Source: Azolla caroliniana
Taxonomy: Eukaryota > Plantae > Polypodiophyta
Assembly (NCBI GenBank): GCA_043228905.1
Contig: JBHGNT010000001.1
Coordinates: forward strand, 15,872,001-15,936,000
Direction of reading: 5' to 3'
Length of the DNA: 64,000 nt
Position 1 is the first letter of the stretch. The number at the start of each line of letters is the position of its first letter. The translations under genes were made by a program, and so were the position numbers. Under the pieces are notes generated by a model. The model saw nothing but the letters and a program-made list of their open reading frames with translations. It was not told the DNA's origin and made no database searches. Of the stretch, positions 11,596 through 24,580 are shown piece by piece.

Positions 11596-12410
11596 ACGGT
11601 TCGGCTACAACAAGTATATGGCCCATCACTATGCCTTAATGATGAAGGTAGCGGTCGAACAAGAGCCCAAAAGCTTTACAAAAGCGGCTTGTGACCCCCA
11701 ATGGATGGAAACCATGGATGAAGAGGTGCAAGCACTTGTCCTTTGACCATTTAACACTACAAGCCTTCGTCGCTAGCTTGAGGGGGAGGAACCAAAACTG
11801 TCGCGGAAAGGCTGAAGAAAGCCGAAAACCGAACAAGAGCCGACATGAGCCAGAAGCTGGATGGAAGCCGACAACGCTGATAGTCAAACTAAATGTCGGA
11901 CACCTCACACTTGAGCTTGAGGGGGCATTTTGAGATATCAAGCTCAACTAGCTTTAGTCATTTAGTCAACCATGTAACTTAGTAGTTACCTAAATAGAAT
12001 CTAATTAGAATGTTGACAGTAAAGCCTTAAATAGGATTTTGTACTTGAGTGAGATACATTCTAGATACTGCACTACCAAGTTCATTTAATATAGGTCTTA
12101 CATCCTTGTACCTATATTCTCCACACACATGTGCACCCTTCCACATGACTTCTATATATACCTCATTGGGAGTACTTTTGTAACTTGATGCTTATTAATA
12201 TAGAGAGCTTGGTTATCTTGCTACACTCTTGTTAATCATCCCCCATCTTGTCTTATTGTTCATAAGTGTTCTTTCTCTCTTCCTCTCATACTCACACATA
12301 CACACACATATCACATAATCTTCCGTTGCTTAACCACATACGTGATTAACTACTCACATCATTAGATACTAATTAACCCTTAGTTATTTACCTAATTATT
12401 AACAATAACA
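11596..12410 (+). mobile_element. Internally deleted copia remnant (RT N-terminus, PPT, putative 3' LTR)
   Basis: EPKSFTKAACDPQWMETMDEEVQAL (RT start), then a jump to the pol end; gaggggg PPT near 11919 followed by ttgagatatcaagctcaac, resembling family B LTR starts. Right boundary approximate. Confidence 0.6.
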
Positions 12411-15400
12411 TACGTATTTACGAATGTTTGGTGAATATAAATGCTAGAAAAGTTGCATGTAGTCATTATATCTAGAGCGTCAAGTTCCTAGGTATAGTAT
12501 AGAAAGTTGGAAGTTAGAGTTTGTGTTAATTTGTCGTGACTCATGGCTTGAGTTCTCTGTAATCAGTATGTGCAGAGCGTCAAGTGCCTAGATATAGTAC
12601 AAAAGTCAAAAGTTACGATTCTTTCAAATGGAAACAACATGAGAGACCATTCAATATCATAATGGTCAATATTCTATGATAATGTAGTTTCATTCGGGAC
12701 CTAAGTCCTCTCTTAGAATATACGTTCTATTTTTCACTAGTTTGTATGATCCAACTTTATTATTTCCACCATTGTTTGAACTTTGAACAATTTGGTTAAA
12801 AGAGTATAAAACCTATTTTGTTAATTTCGTATGTATGTACTTATCTTATTTTGATATATAAGTTTATACCTTAAAGCAAGTCAACACTTAGCAGGATTCA
12901 TGTGTCTAGCTTCTCATCATATGCATTTGCAAGTACGGATATTTTCATTGAGTGTTCAGTTACCATGTTGATGCTAAACTTCATTATCAACTACTATGTG
13001 AGTTCATTATGTTTATGACTAAAAAGTAGGTCTTATGTTGTTCTTTCAACTATTATCATGTGTGCATGTTTGTGACATTGATTCCATAAATCCAAGTAAA
13101 GTTATAGGGTGAGTTGGCTATGGTGTGTAGGCACGCGCTCCATTCACCATCTTTATAGCTAAATTACATCAAGTATACGATATTGTTGTTAATTACCACA
13201 AAATGTTATCACAATACACAACGATTATAAGTGTGGTGTATTTGGTGTGGAATTTCTTTTTCTAAGAAACGATTTGTGAGCTTCTTAAACTTAACGACAA
13301 ACATTCTTGTATGATTGTGATCTTTTGACAAGGATAGAGCATTGTGTGACCATCCATGCATGATATAAACAATTACTTCAAATTCAACTATGTAAGTCAT
13401 CCAAATTTAATACCTAGCAATTTGACATTTGAAATGTAGTAGCACATTTACCAACACTCCTAAGTCAATCTTTATACTAAAGAATCATCCAAATTATATA
13501 TTTCAACTCTTCATACTTAAAGACTATCATTTGAAATGTGATATCAAAGCTTCCAACTCCAAGTGAATGTTCATATTTTTAGATCTCTCCAAACTGTTTT
13601 AACATTTTTATTAAAGAGAACATTAATTACTCATTAAAAACTATCATTGCAAAGTACAAAGTTAATCATATTGATATGATTACCTATATCTTGTGTCTTG
13701 TGTAATGGCAAAGTATTGTAATTAGTTTAGGGCAATGAATGCACTAATGAGTATTCAACGTATGTGTTCCCTAATTGTATTTCTTTATGGATTTATTAAT
13801 TTACTATAAGTGAAGTTTTTCTAGACGGTCATATACATTAATCATCCACATGTAATAGATATTGGATAGGTCATGGAAAGGAAAATTTAAACAGCTAAAA
13901 GTTGTTTCCCTCCTAGATGTCATTAAAGACATATAGTGAAATGCACTATTTGAATCCTTATTTAGTTCATCAAGGGGGCATCAAGTGTCCTAGCGATTGT
14001 TTCCCATATCAAGAAACAAAAAGATGCTCCAAATACGCGTTGCTTCAAGAATTTCTTACCTTGTTCACAGAAGATGTGGTTCAAAGTTCAAACCTACTCA
14101 AAAGGGGGTTGTGCCCAAACAACTTGCTTGACTTGGTTAATCTTCATCAGTATTTTTTTACCAATTGACTTAGGGACTTTTTTCTTCATTATTTGAATTC
14201 TAATTGCATATACTAATGAAGTGGAATGTCTTCTTGCTTGATTTTGCCATAGAGTTATGAGCTAGATAAACTTCTCTTTAGTGAATTTCTTAGGGTAATT
14301 GTGTCCTTCTAAGGTAAAAGGTTGAACTATCTTTGTGACTATATGCCTCCAACAATATTAGGTGCCCATACCATGATATCCCAACATGCCACAATCAAAT
14401 AACAACGAGGTCAAGAAGGATCATTTTATTTACTCATTCATAGAAGGGCACTCCCAACATCATTTTACACTTATGAAAATGGTTGTGGCTTCAAATAACT
14501 TCGCCTTTGTCTATGCTCTTTTTTGGGCTTTTGTTCTCTTGCCTCTCTTGAATGGTGAGCTTGTTTCAGCTATTGTCAAGGTTAGTTGCAAGGTTGTTCC
14601 TTCATATCTAATTCACCAATTGTGAGGATTATTATTTGCACCTTCCCCTAGTACAGGATATAACTTTAATCTTTGGTTTCAAACTTTCGCACATGTCAAA
14701 ATGAAGCTCCATAGAGTAGAATACCTAAACCCATGCACAACATGACAAATATCTTTCTTAGATAGCACACTAAATCACTAAGTTATCCAATGCCCCCTCT
14801 ATTTGTCTTATGACTCTAATGCATCACACGTTAAGCAACCATCTTTGTAAGGCAATAACCGTAGGGTTATTCAATGTAGCATCATGCATAGTACCTTATT
14901 TCGGATAACATATTATATTGGTGTCTATAATAATTTATATTAATCAAAGCTCGTGAGCCATGTCAGATCACTCAAAGGTTATTAAAAATGGAGTAGAAAA
15001 ATGTATCTATAATTCATGGAAAATAAAATGTTTGTACCTATGCCCTCGACACCTGTGATATAGAAGAAGCTTCACGTATATATTTGACCACCATTATGAC
15101 CAAATTATTAAGAACATAAGTATATTGATCTAAGGTCAACGTGCTTAAGAAACATGGACAACATCAATTACTGGATGTAAAAATCTATATTGTAACCAAA
15201 TAAATTTCCCTTATCATCAGCGCAATGAAAGTGAAATACATGAAATAAACACGGATAATGCAAGGGTGAGAACTCTCCTCAAAAGGAATATGAGGCTCAA
15301 TTACCCCATATGATTAATTGGTCCAACACCAAAGACACGACTATTGTAAACCCAACAAGCACAATATCATTACATCAAAACTAGAAAGTAGCTTGTAAAA

Positions 15401-18400
15401 ATGTGCTCGTCAAAATTAAGAACTCTTGTCCTAAGCAAATATGAATTGATGTTCAATTAACACATTAATAGATGGCGCACTTGCTATACACTTTTGAGTT
15501 GGGGTATACACTTTTGTGACACATGCCATCATCGTTACTTGCATTATTAGAGAAGCTGAAAAATATGAAGTGCATAGATGTCACTAATATTTTAAACACC
15601 GAAAGCATAGGTTCTTTTCGTACTAGAGGTTCCTAGCTATGGGTACCCAAAGCTAACCATCTAGCTCGAGCTCAAACTTATTTATGCCTCTAGCACTTGT
15701 TTCCCTCAAAGTTTGTAATGATGAGCATTAGTATTGCATAAAGGGACAAATACAATATCCTCAAAGATGATCGTGAGTAAACAGAACGGATAGTCCGGAA
15801 CAATAATGAAGTACACCATAGATTCACATATTCTTTAATAATAAAGTACAATTAATATTTTGTTGAATGGAAGTATAACTTTTACTACTCTTTGACTATT
15901 AAAGAAAAGCTAACCAGATCCTCAACCAATTAACTATTTGAACAACCATGAGCAAACTTGTGAATAACTCTTCTAGTTAGGGCCAAACAAGAATAACTCT
16001 AGATTGTCACACAACCGTCATTACCACGTACATATATCTTTATCAATACGTAATCAAAAAGTCAATGATCGTCCAAAAGGACTATCATACCCTATAAAGT
16101 AAATTAGAAATAATAGGTACGAATGTACCAAACATTGAATTTATCGACATGCACCTTACATTTGTAGAACCGACCAGAACTATAGTCAGATGGATGACTA
16201 ATCCTATGTCTATATGTCAACACATTTCCTTACATCAAAATGGGAAGTTGTGCAGCATGGAGGACCACAAAAAATATCATGCTATACATGCAAACAAGTT
16301 GCAAGCTAAATGTACTCTCTAAATATGAAGCCAATATTCCGATCTAGTTATGGAACATGCAGAGTTGTTTTCCCTAGTTACACAAGTGTACTCACTATCG
16401 AATATCACTTAGTGTTGTAGTAAAATGGAGTGTCCTCTACAGTGCCAATCATGATTTCACAAACAACTTTAAAGAAATTCTTTATTGTTACCCTATAAAG
16501 CTTTCATTTATAAATATCCATATATTAAAGAAAATATGAACTTTAGCTAGTGCACATTCTAGATATCACGTAAATTCCAGTAGATATATGCATCAAAACT
16601 TTATTTATCAACGTGTTCATGTACAGACATGGGAAAACAAAATTGTGGCTACACTAGTGAACTTGGGTAAAAGTGTAGATGGTCAAATGCCACCCAATTA
16701 GAAGTTACATGTGTGTAGGGAATATTAGTGGTAAATCATATTCCCAGTATTATTGCATGTGTCAAAATGTTTGGGGTTAGATGCAAGTTTTAAGTGTTAT
16801 GAAATTATTTTAAGTAAGATGCATTTTGATCGACCATATGTGTAGATCTATGTTCAAATCCCATTGAATGTGAGACTACAGTAAACCATACAATAGCCGT
16901 GCATGAGAGATAAACCAAGCCGTATACTTGTTAAGCCATAGATCTATGCTCAAAATCAACTTTACTAGGCATCTATGTATACAAAATGTAGGTTTGAACA
17001 TATAAGTATAACCTTTTGCTTGTTCTTTGAAAGGGTTGTTTGCAAGATTTAGTTTGAACATATAACCTTTTGCTTGCCCTTTGAAAGGGTTGTTTGCAAG
17101 ACTTTTGTACTAAATGTGGGTCATGGTTTCGATGTGAGGTAACTAGATGATTGCATATGTGAACACAAGGTTGGCATTCCATTATATTAAGTTGTTGCGA
17201 AACTATGGGAACTTTGGCTTGGAAGAGTTATCGTGAAACTATGGGAACTTTGTCTCTCCAAGGGCACTTTAAACTAGTGACCACCTTCTCTCTCTCCTAA
17301 GTACTTGAACTTATGACCAAAGTTCACTTGAACTCATGACCTTGTCCTATCGGCATCCACCACCTTACCTATATGAATTTTTAACATTCATTTCTCTTTC
17401 GCAATCATGACATATCAAATATAAATACAAGGAGTAAATAAGGGGTAAAAACATTCGGTGAAAGTGAGGAATGTGAATGAACAAAGCCAAAGTGTTGGAT
17501 CCCCAAGGGGAAAGTTTTCATGGAGGGAATCGGGATGGGAATGAACAAAGCCAAATCCTTGATCCACAAGGGGTATGTTTTCATGGTTGTTCGTGTTTAT
17601 TGTGAACATGAATATAAGAGAAAATATACAAAGCGATAGTAATATATCACATCCTTGGTAGCATATGCACTTACTCAGGTCATCCAATTATTTCCAATAT
17701 ACAAACATTTGTGGTGCATGTGCGTGTGCGTGTGCATGTGTGTGTGCGTGTGCGTGTGGGGTTTGTGTGTAGCAAAACTTTTGAGATATTATTTTGAGTC
17801 AGTATTACATTAACCAGCAAAGTTCATCTTCTAACTCGGCTCTTTTAACCAAGTTTTCACATTTTAGGAACATTCGTTACATCATAACAAAGAGATCAAA
17901 ACAATAAGTTTGATTCACTAGAAGTACTAATTTTATGGATTTCCATGGAAGTGTAAATTTCCATGCCCATGTAAAAAACCGGATTAATCCATTTATCACA
18001 GTCTTTTATTTTATTTTCCAAAAACACACTCTTTTAATTAAATCATCACAAGAGTGTATACAACAAATTAATAAACACCCTACCATACTAAAAATATTTG
18101 TGGCAAACATCAAGTATTCCATTGCATGTGAGCATCCATGACCCATCATCGGGAAAGCCAACATAAAAAACATACAATCACTTTGTGGCAACAACAAAAA
18201 TCAGATGTCTAGTATCTACACACAATGAGACAGTAAAAATGACAAGAATGAATTAGCACTACATTTGTGACCATGAGAGACTCTTACAAGAATATTATTG
18301 TGAATTTTAGACCACAAGTTACATATGATATAGAGATTAGATAGGACTACATACATATCAGCTCAATTTCCTCTACTACAGTGAGTTCATCATCACAAAA

Positions 18401-18466
18401 TTGAGGCTCTGAATGCACTTATTATATATATATATATATATCTACATTAACTGGCAACATTATTAG

Positions 18467-19780
18467 CTAGTATCCAGAGAAATCCCACAAATGTATGCCT
18501 TCAATATCTTTGCTACAGCAAGCCACAAACCGATCATTAGCAACTAGATCAGTAACATTGGCGATGTTGGTTGGATTCGACAGGCCATACAAATGCACAC
18601 ACGATCTATATTCCCATACATGGATGACACCATTGCAGCATAAGAACAAGTGGCGCGAGTTCATAGCACCATTGACGCACATTACACCATCATCATCATC
18701 ATCATTATTGTCATCAGCCCCGTCAACCTCATCAGATTCATTATTGATATTGCGGTAAGGTGTCAAGATTCGGCTCGCATCGAAATGTCGAACATGGGGT
18801 TGTAATGTGCTCGTGCCGATCTCGATGAGGATAGCGATCCCGCTTTTCAACACAAGCGATGCAAAGTTGCGGCACGAGGAGAGAGTGGGACAAAGGATGT
18901 GATCATCATCGAACGGCATCACGAGAAAGTGGGAGGGGATATCGAATAGCATGGTGAAATGCTCCATGTCCATGACGCACAACCGTGACCGGGTGGCCAC
19001 CACGATGACCTTAGTGGCTTGGCTTACAATCTCGACACGCCCGATGTATTGGTTCACATTGTCAACCAACAAATGCCAACCATGGTACGCATCCGGGTCT
19101 GTCATGTTGCCGCCATTGAAGATCAGGTCATGGGTGGAAGCGTCCCAGATGTGGAGAGAACGGCCATTGACACCAACATAGAGGCCAACCCATCTGTCAC
19201 TGTCTCCAGTGAAATCAACTAGTATACCATCATTCACATAGTTCCCAACCATCACTCTTCTGTACCCACCTCTCTCGCCACCGGCTATACCTCTAGCGGT
19301 GATTACACCCTCAAACAAACTGCCATCCATGGAAGCAAACATCACTTGGTTCAGCTCCCCCTCCTCGATAAACAGCCCAGATATGGCCCGAGAGTGGGGA
19401 CCTATGATTATCTCATGGGTGGGCTTCACACTGAAGATACAGTCCCTGCTACCACCACTGTGGAATACCATGACTGAACCATCAGAGAAACCAGCGGCTA
19501 TGAAGCGGGAAGCTAGAGCTAATCTCCTACAGACCATGTGAGAATCTCCGTAGCCCGCATTGTGGCTAGAAGAAGAGAGGCTGGCAGAGGGCTGGCGACG
19601 GTAGTGAAGGACGGAGTACTCTGCTCTGCCATGGATAAAGTTGGAAGCGGTTTTGTGAAGGTAGATGTAGGTCCTCCTCCAGGAGCCTCTGCAAAACCGG
19701 CGGTTTTCCTTCCACACGGATTTGGTGAGGTCCCGCCAGAGGCTCTCCGAGTAAGAAACGGCTTGCCAGCCCGAGCAAAC
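18467..19780 (-). CDS. SAP: STERILE APETALA-like F-box/WD40 protein, last exon
   Basis: Acceptor ttcttccAG| at 19781-19782. Translation VCSGWQAVSYSESLW..CRRLALASRFIAAGFSDGSV..SRAISG..FASMDG..VNDGILVDFTG..RWVGLYVGVNGRSLHIWD..GGNMTDPDAYHGWH..IHLWDFSGY closely parallels Arabidopsis SAP motifs as I recall them (VNDGALVDFTG..GGTLTDPEAVMGWH..IHLWDFGAL). Confidence 0.9.
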   Translation of the reverse strand, partial: VCSGWQAVSYSESLWRDLTKSVWKENRRFCRGSWRRTYIYLHKTASNFIHGRAEYSVLHYRRQPSASLSSSSHNAGYGDSHMVCRRLALASRFIAAGFSDGSVMVFHSGGSRDCIFSVKPTHEIIIGPHSRAISGLFIEEGELNQVMFASMDGSLFEGVITARGIAGGERGGYRRVMVGNYVNDGILVDFTGDSDRWVGLYVGVNGRSLHIWDASTHDLIFNGGNMTDPDAYHGWHLLVDNVNQYIGRVEIVSQATKVIVVATRSRLCVMDMEHFTMLFDIPSHFLVMPFDDDHILCPTLSSCRNFASLVLKSGIAILIEIGTSTLQPHVRHFDASRILTPYRNINNESDEVDGADDNNDDDDDGVMCVNGAMNSRHLFLCCNGVIHVWEYRSCVHLYGLSNPTNIANVTDLVANDRFVACCSKDIEGIHLWDFSGY

Positions 19781-19991
19781 CTGGAAGAATTAATAATCGC
19801 ATTACATTTTAAGAAATGGAAGCAGAAATTTAACAAAAATGGCATCCATCCATCCATCCATGGGTGATGCTGATGGTGATGGTTGTTAGATGAGATGAGA
19901 TGGGATGGGATGGGATGGGATGGGATGGGAGTGCATGTATATGTATGTATGTATGTATGTAGATGAGGGTGACATGGGGGGATGGGCGAAC
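19781..19991 (-). other. SAP: GT-AG phase-0 intron of the SAP-like gene (211 nt, microsatellite-rich)
   Basis: Donor CAG|GTTCGC and acceptor TTCCAG|GTT; splicing gives contiguous APALASFFQ|VCSGW in the F-box. Confidence 0.85.
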
Positions 19992-20141
19992 CTGGAAGAA
20001 GGAGGCGAGTGCAGGGGCGGCGGAGAGGGGGCCTGCAGCGACGACGGAGGAGGAGGAGGAGGAGGAGGCTGCTGCTGCGCCCACGTGGTACGCCAGCCGC
20101 TCGATGCATTCCTCCGGCCATGACGAAGCCAGCACGGACAC
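19992..20141 (-). CDS. SAP: SAP-like F-box exon (N-terminal half of the F-box); start codon not identified
   Basis: WPEECIERLAYHV..AGPLSAAPALASFFQ parallels SAP WPEPFLESLAVQV..AGLLAAAPALANVFR; begins with GTG directly after tag (stop or splice acceptor). Confidence 0.82.
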
Positions 20142-23100
20142 CTACCTATAATATATATATTAATATATATGTATGTATGTATAATATATATATATATATG
20201 TACTAACTAAAGATAGATAGATAGATAGCTGTATGTATGTATGTATGGGTATACGTAGGCAATGATGTGACGGTGTGAGATTCGTTATTGAAAGGAAGAG
20301 GAAGAAGAAGAGAGGAGATGGACGGACGGACGGACGGAAACGGTGGACGATGATGGATGACGACGCTGCAGCGGCAAACTTACAGCAGGAGCCACAACAA
20401 AATATTAATAATACTATATATTATATAGATGATGCATACATATACTGTACATACACACACGCACAACAAATAGAACATTTGTGACGGAATAAATAAAAAA
20501 ATACATATATATTACGTATAAGAAAATACTTATAAAAGTATATATACATATATATCATATGTATACGTAATAAATATAACAAAGAGGGTGTGTGTGTGTA
20601 TATAGTACGGCTAGCCATTCCACGTTGCCTAATATATGCCCCCCGCCCTCTCCTCCCAACCCCCTTCCCGCTCAATAATTACTGATCATCCTCCCCCCCC
20701 CCCCCCTCCTCCTCTCCTAATGGATATTAAGAAGAACCCCCCCCCATCTTGGCAAAGGACAGACCGTAGATGAGAGGCTTGAGTCGACACTTGTCACCAT
20801 CCATCCATCATTGGGAATGGTAGTCGGGGACTCGTCGTCGAACATCGTTGAAAAGTTCAGGATGAGTCATGTGTACAGTGGGGTTTCGGGATATGTTAAT
20901 ATGGCCAATCTTACATCTTCTTAGCATTTTTACATACATTCTCTCAATTATTCATTTAATCCAGTAAGCTATATAATGTGGTGTATATCATTTTTGTGGT
21001 CTCACAGGCCACATCTGAGTCTTTAGAGAAAGTTAAAACTTAAATACTCTTCTTCTTGTCCTCCATCTAAATTTATGTTCCTATTAACACTTAAAGAAGG
21101 GTCTACCCTAGTTTTGAACACTTCATTACCTTTAGGGTAACTTTTGTTTCATAACATCAATGGCAGACTCAACAAGACAATCCTAGTATTATAAACTTTT
21201 AATGCTATGCTTTTGTACAACATTGAACAAACCATACATGTTTACGGGGGTCACTTAAGTGAACATCCTATGGTCTGATCTCTGCTACTAGATACATAGA
21301 ATATGTCTGGTTTTCTAGATTAATGATAATAATATCACATCAATAGGATTGTCTAAGTAATTTGATGGGAAATCAGATAGGATGTTCCCTCTCGTTATTT
21401 CACCTCTCTCTCTCTCTCTCTCTAAATAATGTATGTTTCAATTTAAGCTTCATCTGGATTCGCTCCAATGGTGAAGCGACTTAGTTTAAAATTTTGACAT
21501 CCACATTGTACTTGGATCTTAGAACATGTCAATGTGGGCCTCAGTTTTGGAGCCTACCAACAATAAGGTTTCACACAACACTTCATGTTAGCAATACAAG
21601 AAAACATTCAATACTTAAATTTGATTAATGTACTCGTAATTAATGGCTTTTCTAATTTTGGCCATTCAGTCCACTTTCATAGCCCTTTGAAACATTCAAC
21701 TTAAAGCCATAGAATCGAAATTGGGGACATGAATACCCGCTTTTAGCTTAATTCTGGTTGGTGTTTTGGGTATAAATTTAAGATTAGGTATTCGTAAGAT
21801 AACAAAATGTTTCCTTAGTCGTGGCTACTTTACAAACCTCCATATAAATTAGGTCTTCAATTCCATACAAGATGCCTCACCAAGCATTTAATTGTTGACA
21901 CTTAATATGTCGGTGAGCGCATGTAGATCGACATGCACTTGCAATGCTTTCTTTCAAGCACCAACATCATAGCAAATGCTTAACTACGACTTTAACATCT
22001 AGTGCGTACCCTTGATTTATAGATATTTGTACCCCATATTATTACAGTTGCAACCTTGCAGATAAAGCTAAGCAATGTCATACATATTGTCCCACTCCTA
22101 TAATCTTCAACAAGCTTGAACCTAACATGTACTACATATGGTGACCTTGACACATATCACGAGTTGTGTCCATAGTTGATTATGAATGTCCCAACATGTA
22201 ATCCAACCTAAAATATAAACTCCAATATTTGCAAATATAAATGAGGTAACTATAGTCTATACATGTGTACTCTCTACATCCCCTAGAGTTTTAAAATTTA
22301 AAAATGGCTTGGATCGAGTGATACTTATATTGCTATTTGTGTGTGTTCTTCATGTTCGCATATCATCATTGGCCTTGTACATTTGGTTCATGATTTGCAA
22401 GCACATCACCACCCTTGTAATATACAAAGAGACCAAAGAACTCGAAACAGAAGCAAGAGTACTTCTTCTGAGTTTTTTTTAATAAGGATGTTTATCATGT
22501 TGGTGTTGTATATATTCTCATATCATGAATGCAATCCATGTAATAAACATCTCCATTCACATTGTCAGTCAAATATTTATTCCCACATGCAATGGCATAA
22601 TATGACATACTTGAAGTGTATACATATCTATGCTAAGAGATGGGTCATTGGAGTAAGAATACTTGCGTTTGAACCAAGGTGTGCCATGATGAAAGATATC
22701 TTAAAAATGAAATCTCCTACAAACATGCCTTGAAAATAGGTTCGAACTTCGATAATAGGTTGCCCTTGCCATTTGCTTATATGTCATGATAGTATCCTAT
22801 GATCATGATGTCCAACTAAGTGCTATAAGCGTAAATACATTGGTTGCCTAATAAAAGATCGCAACTGTCATTTTGGTACTCGTCCAACATGTTCACATGA
22901 ACAATGTTGGTGCACAAAACTACTACATTGACAATCAATATTTCATTGCTACAAACTAGTTGCCGCAAAATAGTAATTGAGGGAAATGATTTCAATCATA
23001 ATCATCAAGTTCAATTTATGATGGGATTGTAATCATCATCACTTGCAAATTGTAAAATCTTGAAAGTTACGGCTCCTTCTGGGAATGGTGTAAAAAAAAA

Positions 23101-23419
23101 CTTTGCAACCCTTATGCTTGATTTGAATCAAATGCATTCTTTTCAAAGAAGAAGGAAGATTTGCCTTCAAATAAAAGGCATTAGCATAATCTTACATTTA
23201 TTATGTATCCTGTTTCTTTATTGTTCCAAGTGTCCCCCATTGTCAATTGTTTGTGTTAATATATTTTTACATATTTTATTAATACATCATTATTCTCCCA
23301 TCTCTTTGATTTCCTTATTTATAAAGTAAACATGTAAACATTTTCTTATTCACCAATTGATTATCCAGCTAGTATTTCATGTGCAAAAATGAGCACTTCG
23401 ATCAATAATAATGTTCGAA

Positions 23420-23910
23420 ATTTAGCAACATCATACATGTCCAAATGCATGGTAACACCAACATCTCTCACAACCCTTTAAATCTCGAAGTCGCCCCATT
23501 GTAGACATTTTAAATTCAAAACCCTACATCATGGGCTCATGGGCAATTCGTTTTAAAATTTGAGCAACATGATGCATGTCCACGTGCATACTTACTAACA
23601 CCATCATCTTTCCTAAATCTTTTGATCTTAAAGCCACCCCAATACATGCAACCCTACATCTGGGGCTCATGGGCAATTCATGTTCAATTTGAGCAACATG
23701 ATCCATGTCTAGATGCATGCTAACACCATCATCTTTCCTAAGTCCTTTAATCTTCGAGACACCCCAATACATGCAACACTATATCTTGGGCTAATGAACA
23801 AATAGTCTTCATGTTCAAGCAGCATGAGGCATGTGCACATTCGTGATAGCACTAACATCTTTCCCAAGTCGTTTGATCTCGAGAACACCCCATTGTAGGC
23901 ATTTTTAAAT
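23420..23910. repeat. Degenerate tandem repeat, about 4 units of 115-140 bp
   Basis: Recurring agcaacatgat.catgtc...taacaccatcatctttccta...accccaatacatgcaac...gggctcatgggcaattc. Confidence 0.7.
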
Positions 23911-23939
23911 CAAAACATAATAGATGAGGCAAACGATGT

Positions 23940-24500
23940 TCAGGAGGCAATGGTGGTACATAATAGAAGATTGATATTAGTTAGCCCCTTTCAGGAACCT
24001 TGAAAGCAGGTGCAATTTGTCCAAGTTTGGAAAACAGTGACTACGGTAACGTTATGGGCATTATGGAAATGTCGATGTAATCGATTTTATGATGCGGCAG
24101 ATCTTCGTCTCTCATATGTCCTGCTTAAGATATGGAAGAACTTGTTGGCAGTAGTCCGTGGCCAATATGACAATATGCATGGTTTTCCAGAAGACTGTGA
24201 ACAAGAGAAGGAAGAAGCTTCTTCACTTATGGAAAAAGTTGCCCCTATTAACAGAGTCAAGTCACAAGCCTCAATGACACTATCGACTCCCATGGACCCT
24301 TTCTTGAATATCATTAAATCATGGCAATGTACATCAGAAAATTCCAACACCTTCTGCAAAGTCCTATCTTTGGTCTTAGAATTATTGTACATCATTATAA
24401 ATAAAAAATTGCAAGCTTCTGGGCAGACAAGTTCGAGTTGTAGCCTTCTAACGTTTTTGCTTAATACTATTGAAGAAAATCTTTGAAAAATAAAATAAAA
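23940..24500 (+). mobile_element. 3' fragment of an L1/Tx1-like LINE with A-rich tail
   Basis: VTLWALWKCRCNRFY matches the L1 ORF2 C-terminus (compare LWVLWKARCSKLY near 28350-28390); tail aaaaataaaataaaa at about 24486-24500. Confidence 0.65.
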
Positions 24501-24580
24501 ATTTTGCACTTCATCTTCATCGATAGTTATAAACTATAGTCATGTATTGCCTTATCCTTAACTAAACAAAGTTTGATGTG

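Noticed and set aside
12410-18460. Short ORFs and small local duplications (e.g. 16990-17100, 17200-17250)
   Set aside because: AT-rich decayed DNA with no recognisable motifs or consistent exon structure.
19519-20206. Overlapping ORFs around the SAP intron
   Set aside because: Alternative-frame or antisense readings of GC-rich exon and microsatellite sequence; only the spliced frame matches a known protein.
21500-23100. Possible decayed DNA-transposon coding remnant
   Set aside because: No motif, TIR or TSD could be identified with confidence.
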